NCBI GenBank assembly: GCA_951406725.2
Contig: OX597815.1
Span: 54,746,001 to 54,810,000, forward strand
Direction: 5' to 3'
DNA length: 64,000 nucleotides
DNA from: Octopus vulgaris
Taxonomy: Eukaryota
The notes under the pieces were generated by a model. The model searched no databases and had not been told where the DNA came from. It saw nothing but the letters and a program-made list of their open reading frames with translations. Within the stretch, counting starts at the first letter, position 1. The number at the start of each line of letters is the position of its first letter. Positions 27,693 through 41,883 of the stretch are shown here, piece after piece. The translations under genes and the position numbers were made by a program.

Positions 27693-27807
27693 TATAAATA
27701 ATTTACTTCTAGTATGTACTATATTAAAATATATTAAATAATATCCCCTTAATATATCACTTTAACAATTAATTAATTAATATGTGTGTATATATGTACG
27801 GTAGTCC

Positions 27808-27863
<56 letters not shown>

Positions 27864-28453
27864 ATCTGCGTATATATATCTATATGTGCGTGTATGTATG
27901 TGTATATATGTTTATATAAAAACATATGAATTCATATTTTCAATTATTTATGTTCTATTTACAATTAGTTTCAATCAACCAACATTAACCGAGACAAAGA
28001 AATTCAAAATTATTAACTAATTAGATTTAGTAAATGATTGAAAATAATCTCTCCCCAATCCCCGTAAGATTTTAATTGCTAAAATATTAATAAATAACGA
28101 AAAGAAAGCTCACAAAGTTTATCTCTTAGTCTGCGAATTATATTACACTTAAAATATAATATGTATGTATATTTTAGTATGATGAAATGGAAAAAAATTT
28201 TTATATGTATTTGTATATATTTGTGCGAATGTGTATGTATGTATATGCATGTGTTTGTTACCCATATATATATATATGTATGCAGAATAATATTGAAATA
28301 ACTATATTAACTGTATGATATATTAATATACTGATATTGATTGTAAAATTAATATGCTTACATCTTTCATGAACATCTGTTTAGGTATTATATTATATTC
28401 TATATTTTATAATTCATATACAATGTATTGTGAATAGCAGAATACACGTAATC

Positions 28454-28540
<87 letters not shown>

Positions 28541-28634
28541 TATTAGTAATAAATTAATATTATATGTACTTATGGATAAGGATGTGTATGTATATTTCAG
28601 TATATATAATTATTTATAACCATATCTGTATGTA

Positions 28635-28747
<113 letters not shown>

Positions 28748-28790
28748 AATGTGTGTGTATTTTGTTTTATATTTATATTTATTGTACTTT

Positions 28791-28920
28791 ATAATATCCG
28801 ACGAGGACTAGAGATATATACAAGTATCTCATTTTCAACTGCCTATTACCCCAATACACTTGATTAATATAGGCAGAATGAGATGCTTTTATCTATGGGC
28901 TGAAACAGCTGTAAGTTATT
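28791..28920 (+). ncRNA. degenerate hammerhead with a long stem II insert
   Basis: CCGACGA...GAAA-cagctGTA; internal hairpin aagtatctcatt/aatgagatgctt and ctgcctat/ataggcag. Confidence 0.55.
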
Positions 28921-29133
28921 TTAATAATTTATATTCTTGTTTTTTCATAATTAATGATATTCTTATTTTATATGCATATAATAATATGCTATATGTATGT
29001 ATGTTATTATAATTATCATTTTAATAAATAAATAAGTTAGCATTTTTAATGTCCTAAAGTTGATGGACCAGCTATTGTGCTCCTCCATTTTCTTATTTGC
29101 TATATATATATAAAAATACACACACACACACAC

Positions 29134-29209
<76 letters not shown>

Positions 29210-29801
29210 ATATCATTATAGAGTTCGAGACATATATTAGCCATTCAGAAACACAAAACGTGTTAACTTCACTGGAACATTTAATATTTGGTATCAAAAT
29301 TTTCGTTGCATCAACTGCAGCCTGGCCACTGATATGATTTCACTATAACTGTTTGGAGGCAGTGTGTTGGTTAATATATATAGGTTTCAGTGTAATTAAT
29401 ATAATTTTTCCAGCTATTATTTCTGCTCTTTGGTCTTGGACTGGGAGATTCTTTTCTTTGAAGTCATTGATTCTGGACTTGCTCTACTATATAATGACAA
29501 AGGAAGACTTCAGTGATAAGAGATATCCATGAGTATCGGGTAATGACAACTATAATGACTTACCGATATTAATGAATTATATCATATTTAAAACATTGAA
29601 GCTTAGATATACTAAATCTTGCCACAAACAGTTGCAGTAGAAATATATCCGTGACCCGATCACAGTTGCTACAATAATAAATGCTTAAGTCATGCTAACA
29701 TGTGTGTCTTTGAATGACCAGTTTATATCTTCCACGTTGAAATTTTCTAAGTTTCAACACTCGATCTCAGATAAAATTACTTGCCTGGAAAGTATATTTC
29801 C

Positions 29802-29842
<41 letters not shown>

Positions 29843-29855
29843 AGTGAGAGAGAGG

Positions 29856-29899
<44 letters not shown>

Positions 29900-29946
29900 A
29901 CATACATACATACATACATACATACATACATACATACATACATACA

Positions 29947-29980
<34 letters not shown>

Positions 29981-29995
29981 CATACATACATATCT

Positions 29996-30892
29996 ACCGC
30001 AACATATCATCAGATGAACGAATGAGCCTATATGAGCAGAAGAATATGCATGGATATGTTTGTAGAAAGCTCCATGATGATAGTAAAATCGATCATCAAA
30101 GCAGTTTTTCATAGATCAATAGCTGGATTACTACCTCCCACTTTGAAAGGTGTGCGTTGAAATCCAGGAACAGGAAATATCAGCCAAGTACCTGATGCAC
30201 AAACGGGATAGAGATGCGAGAAAATTTGTAAAATGTGACAACCAATGCAGACTTATATAACACTCACATCATAAACAGTTGTCCGAAAATGTCATCACGG
30301 TATTATCTAGCTATGAGACATGATGTTGTGGCTAGGACTATAAGGATAATCCCCAGGACAAAGAAATAAATATGCATAATATGATAGAAGCCATAGCCAC
30401 TCATAATAAAAAGGAATACTGGTGGAATGTACAAGTGAAGACCTCAATAAAATGTAAGCACAACAGACCTAATATAATGATTTGGGATAGAGAAAAGAAA
30501 CTATGCACAATTGTGGAAATTAGCTGCCCAGCGGATGTTAACATAAAGCTGAAGATCAATGAAAAAGAGAACACTTATGCTGAACTATTGAGAAATCTGC
30601 AGTTACACAATCCAGATTACAAGTTCAGGTTTATAGCTGTAATCATTGGGACCCTGGTATATGTAATATACTGCCTAAATACTAATCTTGAGAAAGCTAA
30701 TTCGAAGACTACAGATCCAATCTATCACTGAAACTGTAAAAATCTGTAAAACTTTCCAGAAGTTTATCATTAAAATACGAGAATACATACATAAAACATA
30801 CAAATCTGCACATTCATCTATCCATCTATCCATCTATATACACACACATACATACATACATACATACATACATACATACATACATACATACA

Positions 30893-30926
<34 letters not shown>

Positions 30927-31638
30927 CATACATGGTGGCTGCCCCCTCGTTATCGAGTATGGCCATTGCACGAAGCTTAATCAATGTTGTTATCGTGCAA
31001 AGCCTGTGCAAGAAGATTTTTTTTAAAGTGAGGAAAGGCTGTACACTGAGTCAATCCCACTCACTAAGCAACAGCAGCCATAATCCAAAAAGAAGAACAA
31101 GTCAACATCATCGGTAACCACTGAGCCGCAGGTTTTATGTCGGAGTTATCCCAGTTACCTGAGTTACCTTCTCCTAGAAAGATGCCCTAACAAAGGCTAG
31201 GAGTCCTTCACTCCCAATGGTCTAACCGCGCGATCGGGTATTCAGTCCGATTATTTCTATGTCCCCGCGCATGATACAGCCTTAAGACATTTATTGGATG
31301 GCCGTTGACTCTCAGGAGTTCCTCCGCCCTTAGACGGGTTTTGCTTTTCATCCCGCAGGGTGTCCAATAAACACCCTCCTCACCAAGCAAGCTTGGTGGG
31401 GTTGCCGGTTTAGTCGCCGACGACCCGGCCATGCAACAGGTTGTACTGGGTTACATGTTACCAGTAGCACTCAAAAGTGACCTGACATAACATACATACA
31501 TACATACATACATACATACATCTAAACAAAAATACTCTGTTGCTGATGTTGAAATTCCAATGAAGGAACCTTGGATCTAGGTTAAAAACCAGTTCTTTCT
31601 CTATTGGAAAGAAATCTTGAAATAAACTGAATAATGAC
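29996..31638 (+). mobile_element. second R4/Dong-like family, decayed 3' part, (CATA)n-flanked, interrupted by the 30932..31486 element
   Basis: WWNVQVKTSIKCKHNRPNIMIWDREKKLCTIVEISCPAD..FRFIAVIIGTL; 3' UTR 31525..31638 matches 49160..49268; (CATA)n at 29900..29990 and 31638..31703. Confidence 0.8.
30932..31486 (-). mobile_element. 555-bp non-autonomous RTE-related element, copy A
   Basis: Near-identical to 42324..42877; terminal ~45 nt match the RTE 3' end at 2865..2912. Confidence 0.88.
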
Positions 31639-31886
31639 ATACATACATACATACATACATACATACATACATACATACATACATACATACATACATACAT
31701 ACATAGTTGAATGGTAGTGTTCATTGTAGGAAATTTGCAATAAATAAATCCTGTATATTTTGCTAGTAATAGTGCTGACTTTTTCAAATTATAGAACCCT
31801 GAATATAACGACAAAGTAACCCATATGTGTGTAATAATTGTGTGTATGTATGTAAAAGTAACTTTTGCAGCTGCTTTGATATTCAT

Positions 31887-31942
<56 letters not shown>

Positions 31943-32515
31943 CTGTGTGTGTGTGTGTGTGTGCGTGCGTGTGTGTAAGCGTCTGTGTGCGCGCACGTGT
32001 GTGTGTGAGTGTTACATATGTGAAAGTAGTTTCAAAATCCGTTTCCTCAATGTTACGCCTACTTTTAGGAATGATGTAAAACAGAACACATCATCATTGT
32101 CCATTCTGAATGAGTATTGAAAGACAGGTGTGTGAAACATTTCTATATTGACTGATACACTATCAAATAGCTATACACCCTACATAATCACAGTTAGTCA
32201 TCTCAAATATTCAATCACATATAACATCACAACCAATCTAAACGGTATTTTAAATTAAAGAACGAAGAATTTTCCAAATGTCCCCACGAAAGTAAGTTAC
32301 ATGGTGAATTACAAGAGCCGAATAAACTACAAGTAATATACCAGGAGTAAGTAAACATGAATTTATTCGTTGACCTGAATGCTTTCTGCATCCACTCCTC
32401 CGTGACACATAAATAATTCCTTTATCACTTTCAGTAAACAATCTGGTTGAGACATAACTTAGCATAATAGCTGCAATACAATAACAATTAACCTTATCGA
32501 TAATGTGGGAGTAGG

Positions 32516-32565
<50 letters not shown>

Positions 32566-33686
32566 AAGGGTGAGATTCAACGCGCAGTATTTTCTGGAAG
32601 AGAAGGTATCTATCAATGATAGAACATCACTATTTAGCTTCAAAATTAGTTATATGACGCCCGCAGTTCAACTGAGAAATTGTAGTAATAGTTTCAAAAG
32701 AATAAAAAATTCATCGGTTTTGACGCAGAGCCGCTGTTGATTGCAATGTTGTATCTATCAACCATTTAAAATGTAATTATTTCTCAATGGATTGTCTACA
32801 GTTGCAACGTAGCGCCGATGACAAAATTATAAACAGTTAAAATCTGTTATCTGAAACCTTATTGACTAAATTAGCTTTGAATGTATTACAATGGAGACAT
32901 ATTTTAAATAATTGACTTGTAATGAGGAGTTACAAGATGAAAGTTTATTGTATAGGCAACGATGGTTGAACTGACCTTCAGTACTCATTCTATCGGCCCC
33001 GAGTAACATGCAAGGATATTGCAGCAGAGTAGAGTATCGAAATAAAATGCTAGAAATAATTTATTTCGTCACCCTCCAGGTTATGCCTATTCAGCGTTCA
33101 GAATTATTTATAGTTCGTAAATGTCCTTGCAGACGTAACGTCAGAATTGGCAGTGGTTGTGTTTGTATTATACCATACAACAGAATGAAAAAAAAAACTA
33201 GCTTGAATTATTTACAGCCAAACTAAAAGATAATGACATTTATGTAGCATTAAATAGCTGCATTCTTTTGGTTGATATATGCTATGAAAACATTAAACTG
33301 GGTGGTAGTGATCTTTTGAATTTCTACACAAAAGAATAATAAGCAAATAATGGTACGCCTCTTGTCTGTAGTAATTTACCTCCTCGTTTTATGCGTATTC
33401 TTGTTTTTGAGGGATTCAGTTTCAAGCCATCAAACAAGATGCATCATTTCTATTTAGTTTGGCAATCAATCTCTAAGAATTTCGTTTCTTACCTGGTTTG
33501 TTGGCAAGGAAAGTATATTTTTATTCGTTCTTTTCTTTTAATTGATTTTCCTAAACTCAAACCAAAACGTCATAAACAATTTAGAGTTAGAAACGTAACT
33601 GAGAGACCGCACCTTCATCACTCGGTCACTATGGCCTTATATGCTATTATGTGTATATGCGTATGTAGGAAGATACATGTCTGTAT

Positions 33687-33745
<59 letters not shown>

Positions 33746-33907
33746 CCTGGAATACATTAAATTTCAAGCATAATGATCCAACTTCATTCATCAAACACAT
33801 ATCACTGCAGTGTAATAACTTCATGAAGCAGCTATGATGCAGAGAGAGGTCTGGCAATATACGGCTTGTTTCAAGAGCAGTAGACATACGCACAGACCTA
33901 TATGCCT

Positions 33908-34820
33908 CCATGAAAACCTGATTTACATTTTAGTTCAAAATATAGTGGTGAGGAAGTGTACAGGATAAAGGTTGTATATTTTATTGAAGTGAGAAAAGGG
34001 AAGAACATGTAACCCGTTAGTTTTCGTTGCAGTCGAGGGTCACCAATTGTAACGGTAGTGTTGTTAAGGTGTATGTTGCCAGTGTGCAGGATGGAAGAAG
34101 AACAGCGAATGAAGTTGTAAAGATATATTTATTTACCGTTACTTTGTATATATCCAAAACCACGACGTGTTGGTATGTATAACTAGTAAATGGAAAAACA
34201 TGCGTAGTAAAAAGAGTTAATTTCGGAAGATATGTGTGTACACGATCTCATAGTAGTATATATAGAGAGATATGGTAATGCTACAGAGAAAAGAAAGTGA
34301 GTTAGTGAAAATGAGAGTGGTGGGATGAAACAACTGCTTCGTTGGTGAGTTACCATAGCTGACCCTTTGTGCCTTTTCTTTCCTGAGGGCGTTTTGTTCA
34401 GCCGGTCAGCCAGAATCCGTTCTCTCTAATTGCTTTGGCTTACAGAGTTCTTGTTTTTATAACTATCCAAACTAGTCAGAAAGATATTGTTGAGAACAAT
34501 AGATTTCGTTGGCGGTCTGTTATCTCTATTCTAGCTTTTGGTGGCCTAGAAGAGGTTTGAAGGGTCAAGTGGCAAATACATTATTCTGCTTAGCGATGGC
34601 ATCTGGCAAATGTAACTGCTGTCACTCACAGAAAAACTATTGTTTTACCGTGAGAAAAGTGCTGTTGAACTGTTAAGGGAAATTTGGCGATCGAGGATCG
34701 AATCCATGCCATGCCTGCATGAACAACTACATCTACATTTTAGTCCAAAATATAGTGGTGAGGAAGTATACAGGATAAAGGTCGTATATTTTATTGAAAA
34801 AGGAAAAGGGAAGAACACAT
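33908..34820. repeat. ~100-bp direct duplication (33908..34008 and 34718..34818) bracketing the LTR
   Basis: tacattttagt.caaaatatagtggtgaggaagt.tacaggataaaggt.gtatattttattgaa..gaaaagggaagaaca occurs twice. Confidence 0.88.
34032..34630 (-). mobile_element. Gypsy-type LTR (TG...CA, about 583 bp) with tRNA-Trp-type primer binding site
   Basis: Minus strand starts TGTGAG at 34630 and ends GTTACA at 34048, followed by at-TGGTGACCCTCGAC; TATAAA- and AATAAA-like motifs inside. Confidence 0.7.
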
Positions 34821-35622
34821 CCCAAGAGCGTTTGAAACATAAATAAAATAAAAGAGCTTTAACCGGGGTTTCTAACTTTGACGCACGTCACGTATTTATA
34901 CATAGACCTTGAATCGATTGTAATACATTACTGATAATTAACTCATTGATCTGGGAAGTGAAGTTCGGTGGAACTTGAATCAGAACATAAAGAGCAGTAA
35001 ATAAACACTACGTTTATATTTTCTGCTCAGTTATTTCACCACCCTCAGTATTTTAATTATAATTTATGCGTCATAAGCACTAAATTCTGGATTTATTGGA
35101 AACAAGAAATTATATTGTACATCTTTGAAAGTTATTTAAAATGCTTTTGCAAAAGCATAACTGTTACAAAGTCTCTTTTTTTTTTTTTGTCATAAATGGC
35201 CTTCTTAATAATCAAGATGTTTCAACACTGATTCTGCTCCTTAGAAACCATTAGCATTTGTGGGAATTGTGCTGCCAATGTAGTATTAGCTGCTTAAGTG
35301 AATTTAAATTCCCAGAAGCAATAATCACAATCAATTTCATTCGTTAGTTATGCAAACATACTATTTTCAGCTTTCACCTCCGTCGCCTCCAATAATTTTC
35401 CTTGTTTTCACCAGCGTTTTTTACACCACAAAGTTTTACGCATAATAAAAAGTTGAATGTTGTGATATTCATACTGACCCAGTACCATCAATAGTAAAGA
35501 AGCGACGCTTTGACTTACAACACAAATCATGACGTGAAAAATAGCGGAGAAATCGTCTTCAAAACCACACCTAACAATCATAAAAATGAAAGGACACATT
35601 GGAAAATGTAATGCTAGTTATA

Positions 35623-35756
35623 CAATGTCAGTAATGTAAAACAATAAAACTATTGCAATGTCAGTAATGTAAAACAATAAAACTATTGCAATGTCAGTAA
35701 TGTAAAACAATAAAACTATTGCAATGTCAGTAATGTAAAACAATAAAACCATTGCA
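35623..35756. repeat. minisatellite, 33-bp unit x4
   Basis: caatgtcagtaatgtaaaacaataaaactattg starts at 35623, 35656, 35689, 35722. Confidence 0.97.
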
Positions 35757-36029
35757 TATAAAAAGTAATTTGATTAAACATGGAAAATTTAAATTCTAAC
35801 CAGATCAGTGACTCGGTGGCATATTTAATCATCACATATCTACAATCAAGCAGCATCCATCGAAAAGAATAGAGATAACGTTGCATCAAGAGGTATTCTG
35901 TGTGAACAATAGTTATTGATTTTAAATGCGGGCTTTGAGTTTAAAAACGTGGAAGATCAGATAAAGTTATTGTATGATTTTCATGCAGTTTTCTCGGATC
36001 ATATGATCTAAAATTCAAGTTTGATTCAC

Positions 36030-36136
36030 AGACACATAATTCCGGGTTCGCCCAAACTGCGTGGCACCCTTGACAAGTGTATTCTGCAACTGCCCCGGGT
36101 TGATCAAAGGCTTGCGAATGGGTTTGGTAGAGGGAA

Positions 36137-36206
<70 letters not shown>

Positions 36207-36316
36207 TGTGTCTGTGTCTGTGTCTGTGTCTGTGTGTCTGTGTCTGTGTGTGTGTGTGTGCAGGAGTGGCTGTGTGGTAAGTAGCTTGCTTACCAACCAC
36301 ATGGTCCTGGGTTCAG
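36030..36316 (+). mobile_element. SINE family B body (36030..36140), (TG)n, and an isolated SINE B head (36259..36316)
   Basis: ccgggttcg..ctgcgtggcacc.ttgacaagtg; gcaggagtggctgtgtggtaagtagcttgc..gggttcag. Confidence 0.75.
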
Positions 36317-36329
36317 ACACACATTCTCA

Positions 36330-36765
36330 TCTTTATATATATAAAACTGAGAATGTGTGTATGTCTGTGTGTTTCCCTAAAACTTGAAAACTACACAACC
36401 AATTTCATTCAAATTTTACACATGCCTTACTTAGGATCCATGTAGTGTCAAGGGCAAAAAAATTTCTAACTTCTTGCCTAGGGCGAGCCCACTGCAATAT
36501 CATATCTTCTCCACTATTTCAGTATTACGTGTTAAAAGTGAAACATAAACATCTCACTATTGTAATGTCAGATACTTTTACTTTAATACTGAAACTATTA
36601 AAGCCAAACTATTATAGAAGAGGGATGAACCATTAACAGTGGACATCCATTTTGCTACAAGAAGATCCGCTAAGGTCTTATATGCTACACCACTGGTTTT
36701 CAATTCATATTAATCAAATTAATATTCAATTTCTCACCCTTATTATTTTAAATTTAAATTTAAAC
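36330..36765 (+). mobile_element. non-autonomous Helitron 5' part
   Basis: A|TCTTTATATATATAAAACTGAGAATGTGTG start; aligns with 41884..42150. Confidence 0.65.
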
Positions 36766-36864
36766 CCAGGACGAAGTTTGTTACCACACAGCCACACCTG
36801 CACTTATGTATGTGTGTGTGTGTATGTGTGTATAGATGTATATGTATACATGTATATGTGTAGA

Positions 36865-36904
<40 letters not shown>

Positions 36905-37003
36905 TGTACATGTAATATGTACACATATATATTCACATACATACATGCATACATATATACACCCATACACACATACACACACACACACACATACACATAT
37001 ATA

Positions 37004-37325
37004 GGTGCAGGTGTGGCTGTGTGGTAACGAACTTCGTTTCAAAACACATGGTCCTGGGTTCAGTCTCACTGTGTGGTGACTTGGCATGTCTTCTGCTATA
37101 GCCTCAGACCAACCAAAGCCTTGTCAGTGGATTTTGTAGACAGAAACTGAAAGAAATCAATCGTATATATATGTATGTATATATGTAAGTCTGTGTGTGT
37201 GTCCTCGTGTTTCTCCCTCATCACTGCCTCACAACTGGTGTTCGTTTATTTACATCCCCATAACTTACTGGTTTCACAAGAAGAAACTGATAGAATAAGT
37301 ACCAGGCTTATCAAAATAAAAAAAA
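37004..37325 (+). mobile_element. SINE family B, near full length (partial duplicate at 37457..37615)
   Basis: ggtgcaggtgtggctgtgtggtaa (box A), gggttcagtc (box B), tatagcctc..accaaagccttg..agacagaaactgaaagaa. Confidence 0.85.
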
Positions 37326-37369
37326 CACGAGGCAGTATCTCATATTTTTGTTTGTCCACATAATTTATC

Positions 37370-37411
<42 letters not shown>

Positions 37412-37420
37412 CATACATAC

Positions 37421-37455
<35 letters not shown>

Positions 37456-37674
37456 TTTCGTAGACAGAAACTTAAAGAAATCAATCGTATATATATGTAT
37501 ATATTTAAGTGTATGCGTGTGACATTGTTTCTATGTTTCACCCTCATCACTGCTTCACCACTGCTATTCGTTTATTTACATCCCCATAACTTGCTGGTTT
37601 CACAAGAAGAAACTAATATCAACATAAAAAAGCACTACGCTGTGTCTCATATCTATCAATTTATCTTTGTGTGC

Positions 37675-37705
<31 letters not shown>

Positions 37706-38551
37706 CTAGCAGAATTGCCCGGCGTTGCTCGGGGCTGAATTGCTTGAAATTACTGTTAATGATTGCACTGAATTATGATGATTATTCAGGCAAATATTGA
37801 TATAAGTTTTCGGTGGGAGATAAGGACTTAACGATCAAACGTGTGCCATTGCATTGTTTTGGGGGAACCAAATTTCTGATGAGCATTATAGGGGCACCAA
37901 CTTTAAGTTTGAGAATGTGTGGTGGTAGTCCGGGGTGCTCAAAGGATTGAGTACCTCTATAGGATAGTTGATGAAGTCGTCTGGGTCAGGAGTTGTATCG
38001 ATAGACTGATATACATAGACTTCCCCAGGAATGAGTTTTAGCATTTCATCATTAATATGGTGAACAGTTTTATTCCTCGGGGCCAGTATAGCCTTTTGGC
38101 CAATCCAATCCATATTCTGATAATTAGCTTGTAGATCTGTGAACACTGCATCTCTGAGATCAGAGGGCGTCTTAACAATGGTACAAATGGAATCGATGGC
38201 AATATTACCATTTTCATCCCCTGATATTTTGCCTTCGCCAAGTGGAAGGAGGGTGTGAGGAAATGCTGCTGATGTGATATTACGTCGCATATGAGCACGC
38301 ATATTGGTGTGAAGTTTGAGAGTTACTTCCCTTTATTTAAAAAAATATGCATTAAAATGGAAAAAAATGATGGTAAATTATTTTTAAAATCGTAGACTCA
38401 TCGTAGACGCGCGCTAATAACCAGAAGGGCTCGATATGGATCACGACTAAAAGATACCCGCTTTTGCTTAAACTGCATCGCAAAATGTGGGATTAGTTAG
38501 GAATGTAAATCGGAGTAGACAGACACACAACCTTTCTTTTATATATAAAGA
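37706..38551 (-). mobile_element. internally deleted Helitron (846 bp) with both termini and a PIF1-like helicase fragment
   Basis: 5' TC at 38551, 3' hairpin cccgagcaacgccggg plus CTAG at 37706, A|T target; 37886..38302 reads NMRAH..GEGK..AILAPRNKTVHHIND..YQSIDT..YPIEVLN, then LKLKVGAP in a shifted frame. Confidence 0.93.
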
Positions 38552-39293
38552 TTTTCGTCCTAAAAAACTTTGTATGGAGTGAATGGTTACCTCTATGGAA
38601 ATATATACACACACATTATACATACATGTGTGTATAGATGAATATATAAATACATTTAAATATCTATATACACTTTTGGGCGATCTTTCTGCTACTTGGA
38701 TATACTTTAGATCTTATATTCGTCCTAAATAACTTTGTATGGAGTGAATGGTTACCTCTATGGAAATATATACACACACATTATACATACATCTGTGTAT
38801 AGATGAATATATAAATACATTTAAATATCTATATACAGTTTTGGGCGATCTTCCTACTACTTAGAGATAACTTTAGATCTTATTTTCGTCCTAAAAAACT
38901 TTGTATGGAGCAGAGTGTGTAAAATGTATTGAAATTTGAGTTAAAAGCAAGAAAATGAAGTTAGATTTGCAAGAATGGAAGTAGTTTACGTACATGTTCG
39001 AAATGTGAAGTGTTTTAGTTGTTTAATGAAATATTTGCGTAAAGTGTATAGAAACGTAAATTGAAAAAGGAAATGAATTGAAATTTTTAAGAAAGAAATT
39101 TGTTTACATACATGTGTGAAATGGCAAATGCTTGTGCAGTTGTCCGAAATGGAACCAGGGTAAATGTGTGGAACTGATGTATTATAATGAATAGTCCTTC
39201 TTGAACTGAAAACCAGTAGTGTAGCATATAAGACCATAGGGGATCTTCTTCTAGCAAAAAGGGATGACCAGTCTGAATGGCTCATCCCTGTCT

Positions 39294-39330
<37 letters not shown>

Positions 39331-39335
39331 GCGCA

Positions 39336-39381
<46 letters not shown>

Positions 39382-40043
39382 AGCTTACAATTTTAGTTAT
39401 ATATTTGCGTGTCTATGTGTGTAAAGAGGAAGTGGAAGTAATAGGCAGAGTAAAGGCTTTGAAGTGAAAGAGTGAAATGGTAAAATATTGAGTTTTCTCG
39501 AATTTTTTCTTAAATGGGTGTCAAATTGAAAGAAATTTTGTATGCCATGACCGAATGGAAGTACTTGGAAAAATCATCGGTAAACTCTAATTGAAGAAAT
39601 TGTGTGAGGAGTAAATCGTTATGTATTTATTTGTTTCTGTTTGCTGTGTATTTTTTTTTTTTTGAGTAGTGGTTTAAGGTACAGTTGCAAAGAGAAAGTA
39701 GGAGAAATTATGGTGATAGCATGAGTGAAGCAGTTCATCCCTATTATATAAATAGTTTCACTTTAATTGTCGCACACTTGCAAAGAGAAAGTAGCAGAAA
39801 GTGTGGTGGTAATGGTATGAATGAAGCAGTTTAAATCAAAGAGGGAAATCTAAAAATATTGAGTTTTCTCGAATTTTTGCTTAATTGGGGGTGAAATTGG
39901 AAAAACTGTACACGCCACGACCCGATGTATTCTACTCGTAAAAATGATAGGTAAATTCTAATTGAAGAAATTCTATATTGTAGATTTGTATAAAAAACAA
40001 ACGGTTTGGGAGGCAGATAAAATCTGCCTTTTATAATAAGAGA
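38552..40043 (-). mobile_element. probable non-autonomous Helitron with internal tandem repeats
   Basis: Minus-strand start A|TCTCTTATTATAAAAGG; ~165-bp unit repeated at 38556, 38721, 38887; partial duplication of 39480..39600 at 39851..39970; no clear 3' CTAG. Confidence 0.55.
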
Positions 40044-40050
40044 TATAATA

Positions 40051-40190
<140 letters not shown>

Positions 40191-40202
40191 ATATGTGAAC
40201 AT

Positions 40203-41882
40203 TCATATTTATTATATCAAAGACAATGTCTTTGTGTGTTCGTGTGTTACTTATACATTCGAAAACTGCTGCACCGATCATAATGAAATTTGGAACACAA
40301 AATCGAAGCCTAGGGAGAAGGGTAATGCTGAGTGTTCATACAATTTCATGGACCAAAATTACTGAATGGATCCTTATGATATTTGAAACTTAGATTCAAT
40401 GCATAAGGGCGAGTATAATGCAATATGTTTGGTTTGAATTTCAGATGGCTTAAAGGGGACAGAACCCCCCATGAAAATCCATAAATTTTCGATGTTGATG
40501 AAATTTCAACCATGGGTAATTGACACACATCAAGAAGTATTCTCAAAGTTTCCACTTCACATTAGGATTCTAAGACACCCTAATGGAGGCCTTAACTCCT
40601 AAATTTTAGTAATTTCTTTTATGATCCAAAACTAAGTCAAAAGTACTGAATGGATCTTCACGAAATTTGGAAATTATATTCTATGCATAAGGGCCACAAC
40701 CCCCATGACAATTCATATATTTTTGCTGTTGATGAAATTTAAACCATAGATATTAGATACAAATGAAGTAATATTTATAAAATTTCATCTTCTTACAAGT
40801 TAGAAAGACCTCTCCATGAGGACTTAACACCCACAATTTTGTCATTTTATCTAAGCAAAGACGAATAGTTGTTCTCTTGGAAGCTGTGGAGTCATCCGAG
40901 CATAGAAGATGAGCATTATTTGTAATTCAGTGGTACAACAGTGTAACAGTTTGCTTTGACATACATTTAGATTGTGATTTCAGCAATGTGCTTCATAAAT
41001 TGTCAAGTAAATGAGAGGTATTTTTGTCTCCACTGATTCAGTTGCAAAGTGTTGAGTAAAGTTATTTGATTGCAGATTTCCTTTCAGTCTTTTTATTATC
41101 ACTGGATAACACATAGTCCCCACATGGTGACATTGATTTCAAGGCCTTCCCAGATGAGTGACTGGTTATTCAAAGACATTTATAGATTGTATATTTATTC
41201 TGTCCAGTTACGTATCAGTATAGTGGTCATTTGCAAACTCCAACTTTCATTTCTCCTTAGCCCTCACGTCACACAGTTGTTAATGTTTATTTCAGTTGGG
41301 TCACGCCCTTCCAATTGCTATAGATTCGTAATGCATCTTACGGCTGTGCCTGTCACCTGCATGGTGAGGAATACTACATTGGGAGTGGTAATGACTAGGG
41401 TACTGTAGCTGACTGCTTATTGCGATCATTCGTCTTTTGGTTTCCTGTAGCTTTGCTCTCTTTTACAAACCCAGTGAACATATATTTCCTATTTCAAAGA
41501 AATTCAAACAATAGATATAAGATCCAAGTTAAAAAGATTCTCAACAATTCAACTTCTCTGGTTGACATTAAGATGCCCACCCCCAATAGGGGCCTTAAGT
41601 CTCACATTTTAGAGCTCCATGGCCTCGATTTTTCAGGAGCAAAATCCTTTTAACAGGTTCTATACGACTGGAATTTTGGAATATGCGCATAAAAATCAGT
41701 AGTATGGGATACATGTGGTACGATTACAATTTTGTTTGGGTCTGTAAAGAGGGAAATAACCCTCATCTGCAATTTTGATGAAATTTGAAACATAGGTATT
41801 CCAGTTCATCACAGAAAATATAATAGAAAAGTCTAATTCTTCAATTGTATGTAACTCGGGCAACGCCGGGTAACACTGCTAG
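40203..41882 (+). mobile_element. non-autonomous Helitron with both termini
   Basis: TC-AT-rich start; recurrent gaaatttg sub-repeats; 3' hairpin actcgggcaacgccgggt then CTAG at 41879..41882. Confidence 0.75.
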
Positions 41883-41883
41883 C

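Noticed and set aside
29380-29560. Possible exon with ttttccag acceptor and gtaatg donor
   Set aside because: Stops in the plausible frames and no homology recognised; cannot be supported without RNA data.
32250-32480. 71-aa minus ORF following a ttgcag acceptor-like site
   Set aside because: No recognisable protein motif; consistent with a chance ORF.
35623-35756. 33-bp repeats as a CRISPR-like array
   Set aside because: Head-to-tail with no spacers, in eukaryotic context: a minisatellite.
41100-41160. INVTMWG peptide resembling an OB-fold/RPA motif inside the Helitron
   Set aside because: Only a few residues, closely followed by a stop; insufficient evidence.
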